Source: an uncultured delta proteobacterium (GTDB lineage: Bacteria > Myxococcota > UBA727 > VGSZ01). From it: DNA of 64,000 nucleotides. Where the stretch lies: assembly GCA_963775425.1 (NCBI GenBank), contig CAVZJB010000006.1:96001-160000 (forward strand), read 5' to 3'. Positions 1 through 8,932 of the stretch are shown in pieces. Each line of letters opens with the position of its first letter. Positions within the stretch are counted from its first letter, which is position 1. The notes beneath the pieces are model-generated. The model ran no database searches. It was not told where the DNA came from and saw nothing but the letters and a program-made list of their open reading frames with translations. A program made the translations under genes and the position numbers.

Positions 1-124
1 TGTCGGCGCCGTCGACCTTCCGGCGCCGCACGCCGATGCCGTGGTCCCCGTCCTGCCTGCGCCTGGCCGCGTCGGCGAACGTGGACCCGTGGGGGAAGAC
101 CTCGGGCGGCTCCCTGGCGCTCAT
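1..124 (-). CDS. Xanthine dehydrogenase-family molybdopterin-binding large subunit, N-terminus only (runs off the left edge)
   Basis: Manual translation MSAREPPEVF...HGIGVRRRKVDGAD resembles the IG..R.DG.DKVTG start of CoxL/HcrA-type subunits. ATG overlaps the stop of the 2Fe-2S gene (ATGA). Confidence 0.7.
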   Translation of the reverse strand, partial: MSAREPPEVFPHGSTFADAARRRQDGDHGIGVRRRKVDGAD

Positions 125-672
125 GGTTCCTTCCCGGCGTCGTGGGGCGGCGGCTTGTCCGCCGCGGCGTCGCGCGAGGCAGCGTCGTCGCCGCTCGCCG
201 CGAGCAGGCACGCCTCGAGGATCTTCGTGTACCCCGTGCAGCGGCACAGGTTGCCGGCGAGCGCCTCGCGCACCTGATCGAGCGTGGGCGTGGGGTGCTC
301 GTTGATGAGGGCGCGCGCCGAGATCATCATCCCGCTCTGGCAGAAGCCGCATTGAAGCGCGCCGCAGCGGTCGAACGCGTCCTGCACGACGTCGAGCGCC
401 GGGCCCTTGTCGGTGCGCTCCGCCAGGCCCTCGATGGTGACGACCCTCTTGCCCTCGGCCACCGCCGCCAGCGTGATGCACGACAGCACGGGGGCGCCGT
501 CGACGAGGACGGTGCAGGCGCCGCAGTCGCCCTTGTCGCAGCCTTGCTTGGTGCCGGTGAGCCGCAATTGGTAGCGAAGCACCTCGCACAGCGTGTGGTG
601 CTCGGCCGCGGCGACGTCGTAGCCGTCGCCGTTGACGTCGAGGTGCAAAAGCCGCGTCCGCCTCTCGTTCAC
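121..672 (-). CDS. (2Fe-2S)-binding small subunit of a molybdo-hydroxylase (CoxS/HcrC family)
   Basis: GTKQGCDKGDCGACTV, QCGFCQSG and GNLCRCTGY motifs. Confidence 0.95.
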   Translation of the reverse strand: MNERRTRLLHLDVNGDGYDVAAAEHHTLCEVLRYQLRLTGTKQGCDKGDCGACTVLVDGAPVLSCITLAAVAEGKRVVTIEGLAERTDKGPALDVVQDAFDRCGALQCGFCQSGMMISARALINEHPTPTLDQVREALAGNLCRCTGYTKILEACLLAASGDDAASRDAAADKPPPHDAGKEP

Positions 673-726
673 GATCCGGGCTCTACCAGACGGTTCGCGT
701 CCGACAACGCCCTCCGGCCGGGCCCC

Positions 727-1515
727 TCACCCGGCGGCGCTCTCGAACCGGCCGGCGGCGTTCATCACGATCCGCGTGCGCCCGGGGAACACCCGCTCGC
801 GCACGGCGTGCAGCGGGTCTCCGGGGAGCGCGAGCACCAGGCCGTCCGCGCCGGAGACGATCTTCGGGCACACGGGGCGCACGGGCGCGCGCACGGCCCG
901 CGCCGCCTCGTCGACGGAGGCGTAAGGGGCGAGGTCCTCGAGCGTGGCCAGCGTCGGCGGCGCGAGCACGATGTCGCCGCGCGCGTACGCCGCGAGGGCC
1001 GCCGGAGGCGACAACCAGGCGAAGGCGACGGCCTCGTGCTCGTCGACGACGGCGACCGCGCTCGCGGGGACGGCGGCGATGAAGAAGCGCGTGTCGAAGC
1101 GCTTGGGCTCCTCCTCGGGCGTGATCCACCACGACCACGGCAGGAGCGCGCGCGCGTCGACGTCGATGCCGGCCTCCTCTTTGGTCTCGCGCACGGCGCA
1201 CACGGCGTAGGTGGCGGCCTCGAGGGGGGCGAGCGGCGCGCCGCCGGCGTCGTGCCACGTGGCGGCGAACGCCGGCGTGCCAGCGCCTCCGCCGGGCGCG
1301 CCGGCGGCGAGGAGATCGGCGGCGAGGAGGTCGGCGGCGGCGTCGGCGTCGGCGTCGTCGACGCGGCCGCCGGGGAAGACGTGCGCGCCCGCCATGAAGC
1401 CGCTCTTGCCGTGGCGCTTGACGAGGAGCACCTCGAACGCGCCGCCGTCGCCCGCGCGCGCGGGGCGTCCGAGGATGATGGTGGCGGCGCGGCGCGGCGG
1501 AGGCGTAGGGCTCAT
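727..1515 (-). CDS. NUDIX hydrolase (NUDT19-like)
   Basis: VFPGGRVD...AVRETKEEAG Nudix box, WITP...RFDTRFF and APPT motifs. Start placed at MSPTPPPRRAATIIL. Confidence 0.88.
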   Translation of the reverse strand: MSPTPPPRRAATIILGRPARAGDGGAFEVLLVKRHGKSGFMAGAHVFPGGRVDDADADAAADLLAADLLAAGAPGGGAGTPAFAATWHDAGGAPLAPLEAATYAVCAVRETKEEAGIDVDARALLPWSWWITPEEEPKRFDTRFFIAAVPASAVAVVDEHEAVAFAWLSPPAALAAYARGDIVLAPPTLATLEDLAPYASVDEAARAVRAPVRPVCPKIVSGADGLVLALPGDPLHAVRERVFPGRTRIVMNAAGRFESAAG

Positions 1516-1569
1516 GGGCGGTACACAGGCCGTACGCTGTATAGTCGCGCTCGTGAAGGGGCTCACCGG

Positions 1570-2022
1570 ATGAACGGCATCGTCCTCGTCGTCGTGCAGG
1601 GACCGGACCGCGGCCGCGAGTTCCCCGTCGACGTCGGCTGCTACCGCGTCGTCGGGCGCCAGGACGGGCTCGGGGGCGGCACCGCCGTCGTCCCCCACGG
1701 CGAGCAGCGCCGCCTCGCGGCCGAGGACCAGCGGCGCATGAGCGACCACCTGCGCCGCCGCGCCGCGCCCGGGCTCCTCGGCGCGCGCAGCGAGGTCGCC
1801 GCGTTCGAGCGCGCCCCCGACGTCGAGATGAACGACGAGGCCGTCAGCCAGACCCACGCCATGGTGTTTTGCGACGAGGCCGGCGCCTCCCTCGTCGACG
1901 TCGCGTCGACCAACGGCACCTTCGTCAACGGCGACAAGGTCAACGAGAGCGCCGTCGTCGTCGGCGATCTCCTGCGCGTCGGCGAGTCGCGCATCGAGGT
2001 CCGCGGCTCCAGCGCCGGCTAG
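1570..2022 (+). CDS. Stand-alone FHA domain protein
   Basis: VVGR, VSQTHA, DVASTNGTFVNG and GDLLRVG motifs. It is the C-terminal part of the 142..2022 ORF, starting MNGIVLVVVQGPD. Confidence 0.85.
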   Translation: MNGIVLVVVQGPDRGREFPVDVGCYRVVGRQDGLGGGTAVVPHGEQRRLAAEDQRRMSDHLRRRAAPGLLGARSEVAAFERAPDVEMNDEAVSQTHAMVFCDEAGASLVDVASTNGTFVNGDKVNESAVVVGDLLRVGESRIEVRGSSAG

Positions 2023-2046
2023 AGAGCTGATCTTGGGTCAGCTCTC
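2022..2046. terminator. Hairpin between convergent genes, possible bidirectional terminator
   Basis: Perfect 9-bp stem gagagctga/tcagctctc with a 7-nt loop, directly after the FHA stop. There is no U-tract. Confidence 0.45.
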
Positions 2047-2108
2047 CAGGCGTCTACGGCGCCGCGATGATCGCGGACGGTGACGTCGTCAGGCCGTCGC
2101 CGGCGGGC

Positions 2109-2726
2109 TCAGGGGCGCTCGGGGGAGCGCTTGCGGCCGAAGAGCCGCGCGTAGTCCGCGGGCGTGTCGACGTCGTCGCAGACGCGGGGGTCGCTCCAGG
2201 GGACCTCGACGACGTCGTCGCCGAGGGCGTCGAGCACCGCGCGCGGGCCGCCGTCGGCGCCGCAGGTCCACAGCACCTCGTAGGCCGGGCGCGCGAACAC
2301 CACCGGGTGGCCGCGCTTGCCGTCGACGACGGGGACGGCGGCGGGCGCGCCGCGCTGGAGCCCGTGGCGCAGCCCCGCGAGCAGCGCCTGCACCAGCGCG
2401 ACGTCGGCGAAGGGACAATCCACGGGCGCGATGACCAGCGCTTCGGCGTCGGGCGCGTGCGCGAGCGCCGTGATCACGGAGCCGGTGAGCCCCTCCGCCG
2501 GGCGCTCGTTGCCCACGGTGGACACCGACAGGTGCTCGAGCCGGCGCGCGATGCTGTCGGCGAACGCGTCGGGCACGGTGACGATGACGGGATCGAGGCC
2601 GGCGGCGACGAACACCTCGGCGAGCCTTTGGACGAAGCACACGCCGTCGGAGAAGCGCAGGAGCGCCTTGCACGCGCCCATCCGCGTCGACGAGCCGGCG
2701 GCCGCGATGAGCCCCCCAACCCTCAC
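2109..2726 (-). CDS. mocA: Molybdenum cofactor cytidylyltransferase-like nucleotidyltransferase
   Basis: LIAAAGSSTRMG..KALL, PVDCP, GHPVVF and DVDTP motifs; adjacent to xdhC. Confidence 0.82.
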   Translation of the reverse strand: MRVGGLIAAAGSSTRMGACKALLRFSDGVCFVQRLAEVFVAAGLDPVIVTVPDAFADSIARRLEHLSVSTVGNERPAEGLTGSVITALAHAPDAEALVIAPVDCPFADVALVQALLAGLRHGLQRGAPAAVPVVDGKRGHPVVFARPAYEVLWTCGADGGPRAVLDALGDDVVEVPWSDPRVCDDVDTPADYARLFGRKRSPERP

Positions 2727-2757
2727 GGCGCAGTCCCCATGGCGCGATCCCGGACCC

Positions 2758-3573
2758 TCACGCAGGCACCGCCTTGGCCCCGCGCGTGCGGCGCGCCGCG
2801 GCCTCGGCCCGGCGGCGCACCTGCACCATCTCGGCGACGATGGACAGCGCGATCTCCTCGGGGGTCTCGGCCCCGATGTCGAGGCCGACGGGCGAGCGGA
2901 GCTTCGCGACGAGGGCCTCGTCGATGCCCTTGTTCACGCAGCGCTCGCGCGTGAGGAGCGCCTTGCGCTGCGAGCCGACCAGGCCGAGCCAGCGCCACGA
3001 CAGCGGGAGCGTGCGCTCGACGATCTCCTGGTCGACCTTGTGATCGTGCGTGGCGACGACGACGAACGCGTCGGGACCGAACGGCAAGCGCACGAGGTCG
3101 TCGCGCTCGTAGTCGTCGATCAGCGCGGCGGCGTCGGGGAAGCGCTCGGCGGTGAGGAGCTCCTCGCGCGGATCGGCGACGCTGACGTCGAAGCCGGCGG
3201 TCGCGGCCACGCGGCACAGCGCCTGGGCGACGTGGCCGGCGCCGAAGAGCACGAGGGGAGGCCGGACGCGCAGGGCCTCGATGAAGAAGGTCATGGTGCC
3301 GCCGCAGCACATGCCGAGCTGCTTGGTGAGCGACACCTCGAGCGTGCGCGGCCGCGTGGTGGCGATGACCTCGAGCGCGGCGCGGCGCACCTCGTGCTCG
3401 ACGGCGCCGCCGCCGACGGTGCCCTCGACGGCGCCGACCTCGCTGCCGTCGGCGATGACCACCATGCTCGCCCCGGCCTTGCGCGGCGTGCTCCCCGTGG
3501 TCTGCACGACGGTGCAGACGGCGGCGGGGCAGGGGCCGTCGGCGATCTCGGCGAGCCTTCGTGGGTCCAGCAC
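2758..3573 (-). CDS. xdhC: Xanthine dehydrogenase accessory protein (XdhC/CoxI)
   Basis: GSTPRKAGASM, GTVGGGAVE, GMCCGG, FGAGHV, THDH and PVGLDIGAETPEEIALSI motifs. Confidence 0.93.
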   Translation of the reverse strand: MLDPRRLAEIADGPCPAAVCTVVQTTGSTPRKAGASMVVIADGSEVGAVEGTVGGGAVEHEVRRAALEVIATTRPRTLEVSLTKQLGMCCGGTMTFFIEALRVRPPLVLFGAGHVAQALCRVAATAGFDVSVADPREELLTAERFPDAAALIDDYERDDLVRLPFGPDAFVVVATHDHKVDQEIVERTLPLSWRWLGLVGSQRKALLTRERCVNKGIDEALVAKLRSPVGLDIGAETPEEIALSIVAEMVQVRRRAEAAARRTRGAKAVPA

Positions 3574-3639
3574 GACGTCATTGTAGTGAACGGATCCGGG
3601 GCCGCGCCATGTTCCTGCGGACCGCGGGCGGCCGCGCCG

Positions 3640-4667
3640 TCAAGGGCAGGGGCCCGGCGGCCGCGCCGGGTCGGCGCTCAGGCAGGTGGCGCCGGCCGAG
3701 CACACCTGCGTGGCGCACGAGCAGTGATAGCTGACGCCGCCGCGCGTGAGCGTGGGCTCGAGGAACGTCGCTTCGAGCTCGGGGCTCTCCGGTGGGTAAA
3801 ACGCGCTCGCGTCGCGGGGCATCCCGTCGACGAACGGGACGAGCGCTTCCTCCCAGGCGCAGACGAAGCCCATCTGGTGGTAGCCGACGCGCAGCCGATG
3901 GAGCCTCGGTGCGTCGCGCGCGGCGTCGTCCTCGAACACCACCTCGAGGCTCTGTTCGGCGGCGATCACGCGGCACGCGGCGCCGGCGTCGAGGGCGCGG
4001 AAGCGGTCGCAGAAGCGCTCGCCTGCGACGGCGAGGACACCGCGGTTCACGTCGGCGTCGAAGAAGGGGAACCCCGTGGGCGACAACGCGTCGGTGGGTG
4101 CGGCGTCGGTGGCGAAGTCCGTGGGCGCGAGCTCGGTGGGCGCGTCGACGCGGGTGGACGAAAACGGGAGCGCGTGCGCGAGCACGAGCGGCGCGAGCGC
4201 CGCCGCGTCGACGAGATCGTCGTCGTTGTCGACGAGCTCCGCGTGCGCGTTCACGAACCAACGGCCGAGGCTCGCGTCGAGCCGGACGCCGTCGACGTCG
4301 AGCTCGGCGCTCAGCGTGCGCCGGCAGTCGCCGGGGACCCGGTGCCCGGGGCAATCGTCTTGCGTGCGTCCGCCGAGCGCGGGGTAGCGAAGGACGTCCC
4401 CGGCCAGCAGCGGGAACGAGGGCGCGACGGGGGCGCCGCTCGTGTCGCTCGCGCCCTCGCCTTCGCCTTCGGCCCCGTCGTCTGCGCCGCCGCAGACGCC
4501 GTTCACACGCACGACGACGGCGCGCACGCGCGGGCATCGCAGGGCGCGCCCGCGCAGGCGACCCCGAGGCCCCCCGCGACGAGCGCGGCGGCGACCCCGA
4601 GGGCGCCGGCGGGGAGCGCAGTCCGCGCTCCGGACGCCCTCTGCGATACCGAGATGCTGATCGTCAC
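3640..4667 (-). CDS. Cys-containing exported (lipo)protein with an apparent frameshift near 4504
   Basis: A signal-like N-terminus (VTISIS...LGVAC...APSSCV) joins NGVCGGADDGAEGEGEG in another frame if a duplicated TG in GTGTGAAC is removed. The GTG start overlaps the upstream stop. Confidence 0.6.
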
Positions 4668-5098
4668 CGCTCCAGCTCGGCGCGGGTGAGGGCGACGAGG
4701 GCGACGTAGTCGCTGCGGAGCCACTCGCGCGCCTGCATCTTGCGCAGGTCGCGGCGGAGCTGCGCGCGGCGGAACGCGCTCTGCACCGCCGCGTAGCACC
4801 CGGGCGTGACGCCAATCTGCGCCGCGTGCGTGCGTCGCGTCGCCACCGACGCAGCGGCGAAGCCGGCGACGAAGGCGGGGATCATCGCGAAGGCGGCGAT
4901 GGGATTGAGCGCCGTGATCATCCCCGTGGCCAGACCCGACGCCACGCCGGTCACCACGCCGACCACGAGCGCGCGGTTGTCGGCGCTTTGCAGGATGGCG
5001 AGCAGCATCTCGTCGTCCAGCTCGCGCGCATCGTCAATCAGGCGGCGGGGCGCGACGACGGTCGGCAGCGCGAGGGCGGTGGTCGAGGTGCTTCGCAT
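4664..5098 (-). CDS. Hypothetical membrane protein
   Basis: 144 aa ORF with normal composition and two hydrophobic small-residue helices. Confidence 0.65.
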   Translation of the reverse strand: MRSTSTTALALPTVVAPRRLIDDARELDDEMLLAILQSADNRALVVGVVTGVASGLATGMITALNPIAAFAMIPAFVAGFAAASVATRRTHAAQIGVTPGCYAAVQSAFRRAQLRRDLRKMQAREWLRSDYVALVALTRAELER

Positions 5099-5172
5099 GC
5101 CGCCAGGCTACTCCGCGGCGCGCGCGCGGGAAATGCGTCGCTGTGGACGACGAGCTCCCGCGGCCTTGGGGC

Positions 5173-7665
5173 TCACCCCGCGTTGCGGACGCCCGCGGCG
5201 ATGCCGAGGATGGTCGAGAGCAAGGTGCGGTCCACGACGTCGTCGCGCTCGCCGCGGCGGCTGCGTGCGAGCAGCTCCACCTGCGCGCGGTGGATGGGCT
5301 CGATGTAGGGGTTTCTCAGCTCGATGGAGCGCAGGAGGTTCGGCTCCGACGACAGCAGCGGCGCCTCCGCAATCTCTTCGACGAGCGCGATGGTGCGCCG
5401 GCGCGCCTCGAGGATCTTCGGCCCCAGCGCGGAGCCGGCGTCGTCGAGGGCGAGGTACGCGCGGAAGACCGCTTCGTCGCTCTTGGCCAGGCTCATCTGC
5501 ATGGTGTCGGTGAACGAGCGAAACGCCGCCCACTCGGCGCGCATGCGGCGAAGGAGCGAGACGCCCAGGGGGAAGAGGCCCTCGTGCACGCCGTACCAGC
5601 CCGGGAGGTTCGCGCGGTTCTGCGTCCACGACATCACCCACGGGATGGCGCGCAGGTTCTCGAGCGTGGCCGGCCCCGGGCGGCGCACGGGGCGCGACGC
5701 GATCTTCAGCCGCGCGATCTCCTCGATGGGCGTCACCGCCGAGAAGAAGCGCAGGAAGTCCTCGTCCGTCACCAGCGCGCGGTACGCGGCCGCCGAGCGC
5801 GCCGACGCCTCTGCGACGGCCTCGAGAAAGTCCGGCGGCGCCTGCGGCTCCGGCGCTCCCTTGGCCACGAGCACGCCGTAGATGCCCTGCTCGAGGTTCC
5901 TGCGGGCGAGCGCGGGGTCGCCGTACTTGTCGGCGAGCGCCTCGCCTTGCTCGGTGATGCGCAGGCCGGCGTCGATGGTGCCCGGCGGTTGCGCGAGGAT
6001 GGCGCGCGCCATGGGGCCGCCGCCGCGCCCGAGCGACGTGCCGCGCCCGTGGAAGAAGCGCCAACGCACGCCGTGACGACGACAGACGGCGCTGATGCCG
6101 TGCTGCGCGTCGTACAGCGCGAACGTGGCGGCGAGCGGCCCGGCGTCCTTGTTGCTGTCGGAGTAGCCGAGCATGAATTCCTGCTCGCCACCGGGCGCCG
6201 CGGCGCCGCTGGCCGCGCGGTACGCGGGGCTCGCGAGCAGCGACTCGACGACGCGCGGCGCCGCCTCGAGATCCTTCAGCGTCTCGAACAGCGGGACGGG
6301 CTGCACCCGCGCCCCCGCCTCGCGCGCGACGACGAGGACCTCGAGGAGATCGGAGACGTCGTCGGTCATCGACACCACGTAGCGCGTGCCCTCGATGCCC
6401 GCCGCGCGCAGCACGCGCAGCGGCTCGAGGACCACGGCCACCTCCTCGCTCACGGCGTCGCCCACGCCGAGGAACGGGCGGCGCGTCGCGAGCTCCGCCT
6501 CGAGCGCCGCCCGCCGCCCATTCTCGTCGAGCGCGGCGTAGCCGGGGGCGCCGCCGGCGGCGAAGAGCGCGGCGACGGCGGCGCCGACCTTCTTCGAATT
6601 CTCGCGCAGGTCGAGCGCGGCCAGGTGGCGCCCGAACAGCGCGGCGCGGCAGCGCGCGGGCGCAAGGAGGACCCCGGCGGTGCGCACCTGGCCCGCGTCG
6701 AGGAGGGCGCGCGACAGCGCCTCGACGGCGGGGACGGGATCGAAGTCGGGGTCGTCGTCGAGGGCGGCGACGGCGGCCTCGACGAGCGCGCGATAGGGCT
6801 CGTCCGCGCCGTCGGCCGCGCCGCTCTGGCTCACGTCGGCGAACAGCGCCACCAACGTCCGCCGCAGCAGCGCGTCGGCCTCGCGGCGGTGCACCGCCAG
6901 GGTGTCGCGCGTGACGTCGGCGGTGACGTTGGGGTTGCCGTCGCGGTCGCCGCCCATCCACGAGTGCAGCCCGAGGGGCAGGGGCGCCGCGAGCGGCCGG
7001 CCGAAGCACGCGAGGAACGCCGCGCGCATGGCGCGGTCGACGTCGACGACGGCGTCGGCGAGCACACCGACGTAGTGCAGCCCGCCGTTCACCTCGTCGT
7101 GCACCGTGGGCGCGCGGTCGCGCAGCTCGGCGGTGCCGAAGAGCGCCTCGACGTGGGCCGCGATGCGGGCGCGGGCGCCGTCGTGGTCGCGGTCGCCGAG
7201 GCCGCCGATGTCGTCGGCCACGGCGGCGAGGTGCTGGCGCACGGTGCGCCGGCGCATCTCGGTCGGGTGCGCGGTGAACGTGAGCCGGAGCGGCGTGCTG
7301 GCGACGAGCGCCTCGACGTCGTCGGCGGAGCGTCCTCGCTCCTTGAGCAGCGCGAACGCGGCCTCGAACGACTGCTTGCCGCCGGCGGTGCTCGCGCGGC
7401 GGCGGCGCACGCGCGCGTGCTCCTCGGCGAGGTTCACGAGGTTGAAGTAGAGGCCGAACGCGCGGACGAGCGTCTCGAGCTCGGCGGCGCTCAGGCCCGC
7501 GAGCCGCGCGGCGACGTCGGAGGTGTCCTGGCCGGCGCGCCGGCGCTCGACGAGCGTCTGGCGCAGGGACTCGACGAGGTCGAACGCGTCCTCCCCCGCC
7601 TGCTCTTTGAGGACGTCGCCGAGCAGCGCGCCGAGGTCGCGGACGTCATCGTGGAGCTCGCGCAT
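5173..7665 (-). CDS. ppc: Phosphoenolpyruvate carboxylase
   Basis: TAHPT, WMGGDRDGNP, VPLFET, MLGYSDSNKD, FHGRG..GRGGGP, TEQGE, LRAIPW motifs and C-terminal RNAG. Confidence 0.97.
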   Translation of the reverse strand: MRELHDDVRDLGALLGDVLKEQAGEDAFDLVESLRQTLVERRRAGQDTSDVAARLAGLSAAELETLVRAFGLYFNLVNLAEEHARVRRRRASTAGGKQSFEAAFALLKERGRSADDVEALVASTPLRLTFTAHPTEMRRRTVRQHLAAVADDIGGLGDRDHDGARARIAAHVEALFGTAELRDRAPTVHDEVNGGLHYVGVLADAVVDVDRAMRAAFLACFGRPLAAPLPLGLHSWMGGDRDGNPNVTADVTRDTLAVHRREADALLRRTLVALFADVSQSGAADGADEPYRALVEAAVAALDDDPDFDPVPAVEALSRALLDAGQVRTAGVLLAPARCRAALFGRHLAALDLRENSKKVGAAVAALFAAGGAPGYAALDENGRRAALEAELATRRPFLGVGDAVSEEVAVVLEPLRVLRAAGIEGTRYVVSMTDDVSDLLEVLVVAREAGARVQPVPLFETLKDLEAAPRVVESLLASPAYRAASGAAAPGGEQEFMLGYSDSNKDAGPLAATFALYDAQHGISAVCRRHGVRWRFFHGRGTSLGRGGGPMARAILAQPPGTIDAGLRITEQGEALADKYGDPALARRNLEQGIYGVLVAKGAPEPQAPPDFLEAVAEASARSAAAYRALVTDEDFLRFFSAVTPIEEIARLKIASRPVRRPGPATLENLRAIPWVMSWTQNRANLPGWYGVHEGLFPLGVSLLRRMRAEWAAFRSFTDTMQMSLAKSDEAVFRAYLALDDAGSALGPKILEARRRTIALVEEIAEAPLLSSEPNLLRSIELRNPYIEPIHRAQVELLARSRRGERDDVVDRTLLSTILGIAAGVRNAG

Positions 7666-7723
7666 GCGGCGAGCCTTTCACGTCGACGTCGGGCGAGCCA
7701 AGCGGCCGGACGCCGAGGGCGCG

Positions 7724-8845
7724 TCAGGCGAGGGCGGACAGCGAGTTGAAAAAGCCCATGCGCTTGGCGACCTGCGCGCCGGGGTTGCCGGGGACTTCGT
7801 AGTTGCGCACGAGGGCGTCCACCATCTGCTGCGGGCTCGAGTTGCCGAGCAGCGCGTTCTTGGTCTTGGAGAAGCGCGGGTTGTGGGTGATCTCCCAGAC
7901 GGCGGCCTTGGTCTGCTCGGCCACCGTCATGTCCTTCGGCTCCTTGCCGAACTCCTTCTTGATGGCGGCGGCGCGCCCCGGATCCCACTGCACAATCCCC
8001 TGGGACATGTGGCGCACGTCCCAATGATTGTCGTTGGGCTTCGACAGCGACTCACCGGTCATGTTCGCGACGAGCGCGCGCGCCGCGGTCGGGCTCAGCG
8101 GGGGCACGCCGTGCGCCGGGTCGCCCTGGAGCGCGGCCTGGTAGGCCTCCTTCTGGTTCGCCGAGAGGCTGCCGCTCGGGATGCCGACGGCGTCCTCGAC
8201 CCCCTGGCGCATGCGCGTGAGCATGCCGGGCTGCTGCGGCCCGGGCGCTTCACGCCGCGAGACCGACGACAGGCCGCCGGCGCCGGCAGCGCTGCCGCCG
8301 CTCGTGCCTCCGGCGTTGCCGACGCTGCCCGTCGACGACGCGGTGCGGTTGTTGTTCTGGTTCTGCGCCGCCTGGACGAGCGCGAGCAGCGTCTCCAGGT
8401 CGAGGTGCCCCGTGGGGTTGATGCCCGCGGCCTCCTGGAGCTTCTTGATGGCGTCCATCGTCTTCGGGTCTTCGAGGGTGTCGCCGGTCTCGAGCCCGAG
8501 CTTCCTGAGGTCTCCGATGGCGTCGACGTTCTGGAGCGCCTGCGAGAGCTTGCCGAGGTCGAGCGGGGTGTTCGGGTCGAGCCCGAGCGCCTGCTTGAGC
8601 GACTGCAGCCCCTTCATCATCTCCGGATCGGTGGCGCCGAGCGTCAGGCCGAGGTCCTGGACGTTGGCGTTGCCCGCGAGCTTCTGGACGCCGGGGAGCG
8701 CGGGGGCGCCGAGCGTTCGTGCCGTGCCGCCGTGGGTGAAGGTGGCGGCCGCCTGCTGCGCCTTCTTCTGACACAGGAGCGACTCCGGATCGTCCGTGGC
8801 TGCGTTGAGGGCGCCGGGTCGAACGCCGCCAATCTCGAGGGACAT
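7724..8845 (-). CDS. Peptidoglycan-binding domain plus phage-tail-type lysozyme domain protein
   Basis: TMDAIKKLQEAAGINPTGHLDLETL (PG_binding_1-like), a S/G linker, then ANMTGES...QGIVQW...EQ...YEVP (Phage_lysozyme2-like). GGAG RBS upstream. Confidence 0.78.
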   Translation of the reverse strand: MSLEIGGVRPGALNAATDDPESLLCQKKAQQAAATFTHGGTARTLGAPALPGVQKLAGNANVQDLGLTLGATDPEMMKGLQSLKQALGLDPNTPLDLGKLSQALQNVDAIGDLRKLGLETGDTLEDPKTMDAIKKLQEAAGINPTGHLDLETLLALVQAAQNQNNNRTASSTGSVGNAGGTSGGSAAGAGGLSSVSRREAPGPQQPGMLTRMRQGVEDAVGIPSGSLSANQKEAYQAALQGDPAHGVPPLSPTAARALVANMTGESLSKPNDNHWDVRHMSQGIVQWDPGRAAAIKKEFGKEPKDMTVAEQTKAAVWEITHNPRFSKTKNALLGNSSPQQMVDALVRNYEVPGNPGAQVAKRMGFFNSLSALA

Positions 8846-8932
8846 GGGGGCTCCTGGTCCGTAGGGGTGACGCGGCGGTTATCGGCGCCGGTCCCGGCCC
8901 CCGCCATGTCCCACATCCCGTTGGCCGACGCG

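Noticed and set aside
7724-8845. Prophage remnant around the lysozyme gene
   Set aside because: No integrase, structural, holin or att features are visible, and the neighbours are housekeeping genes.
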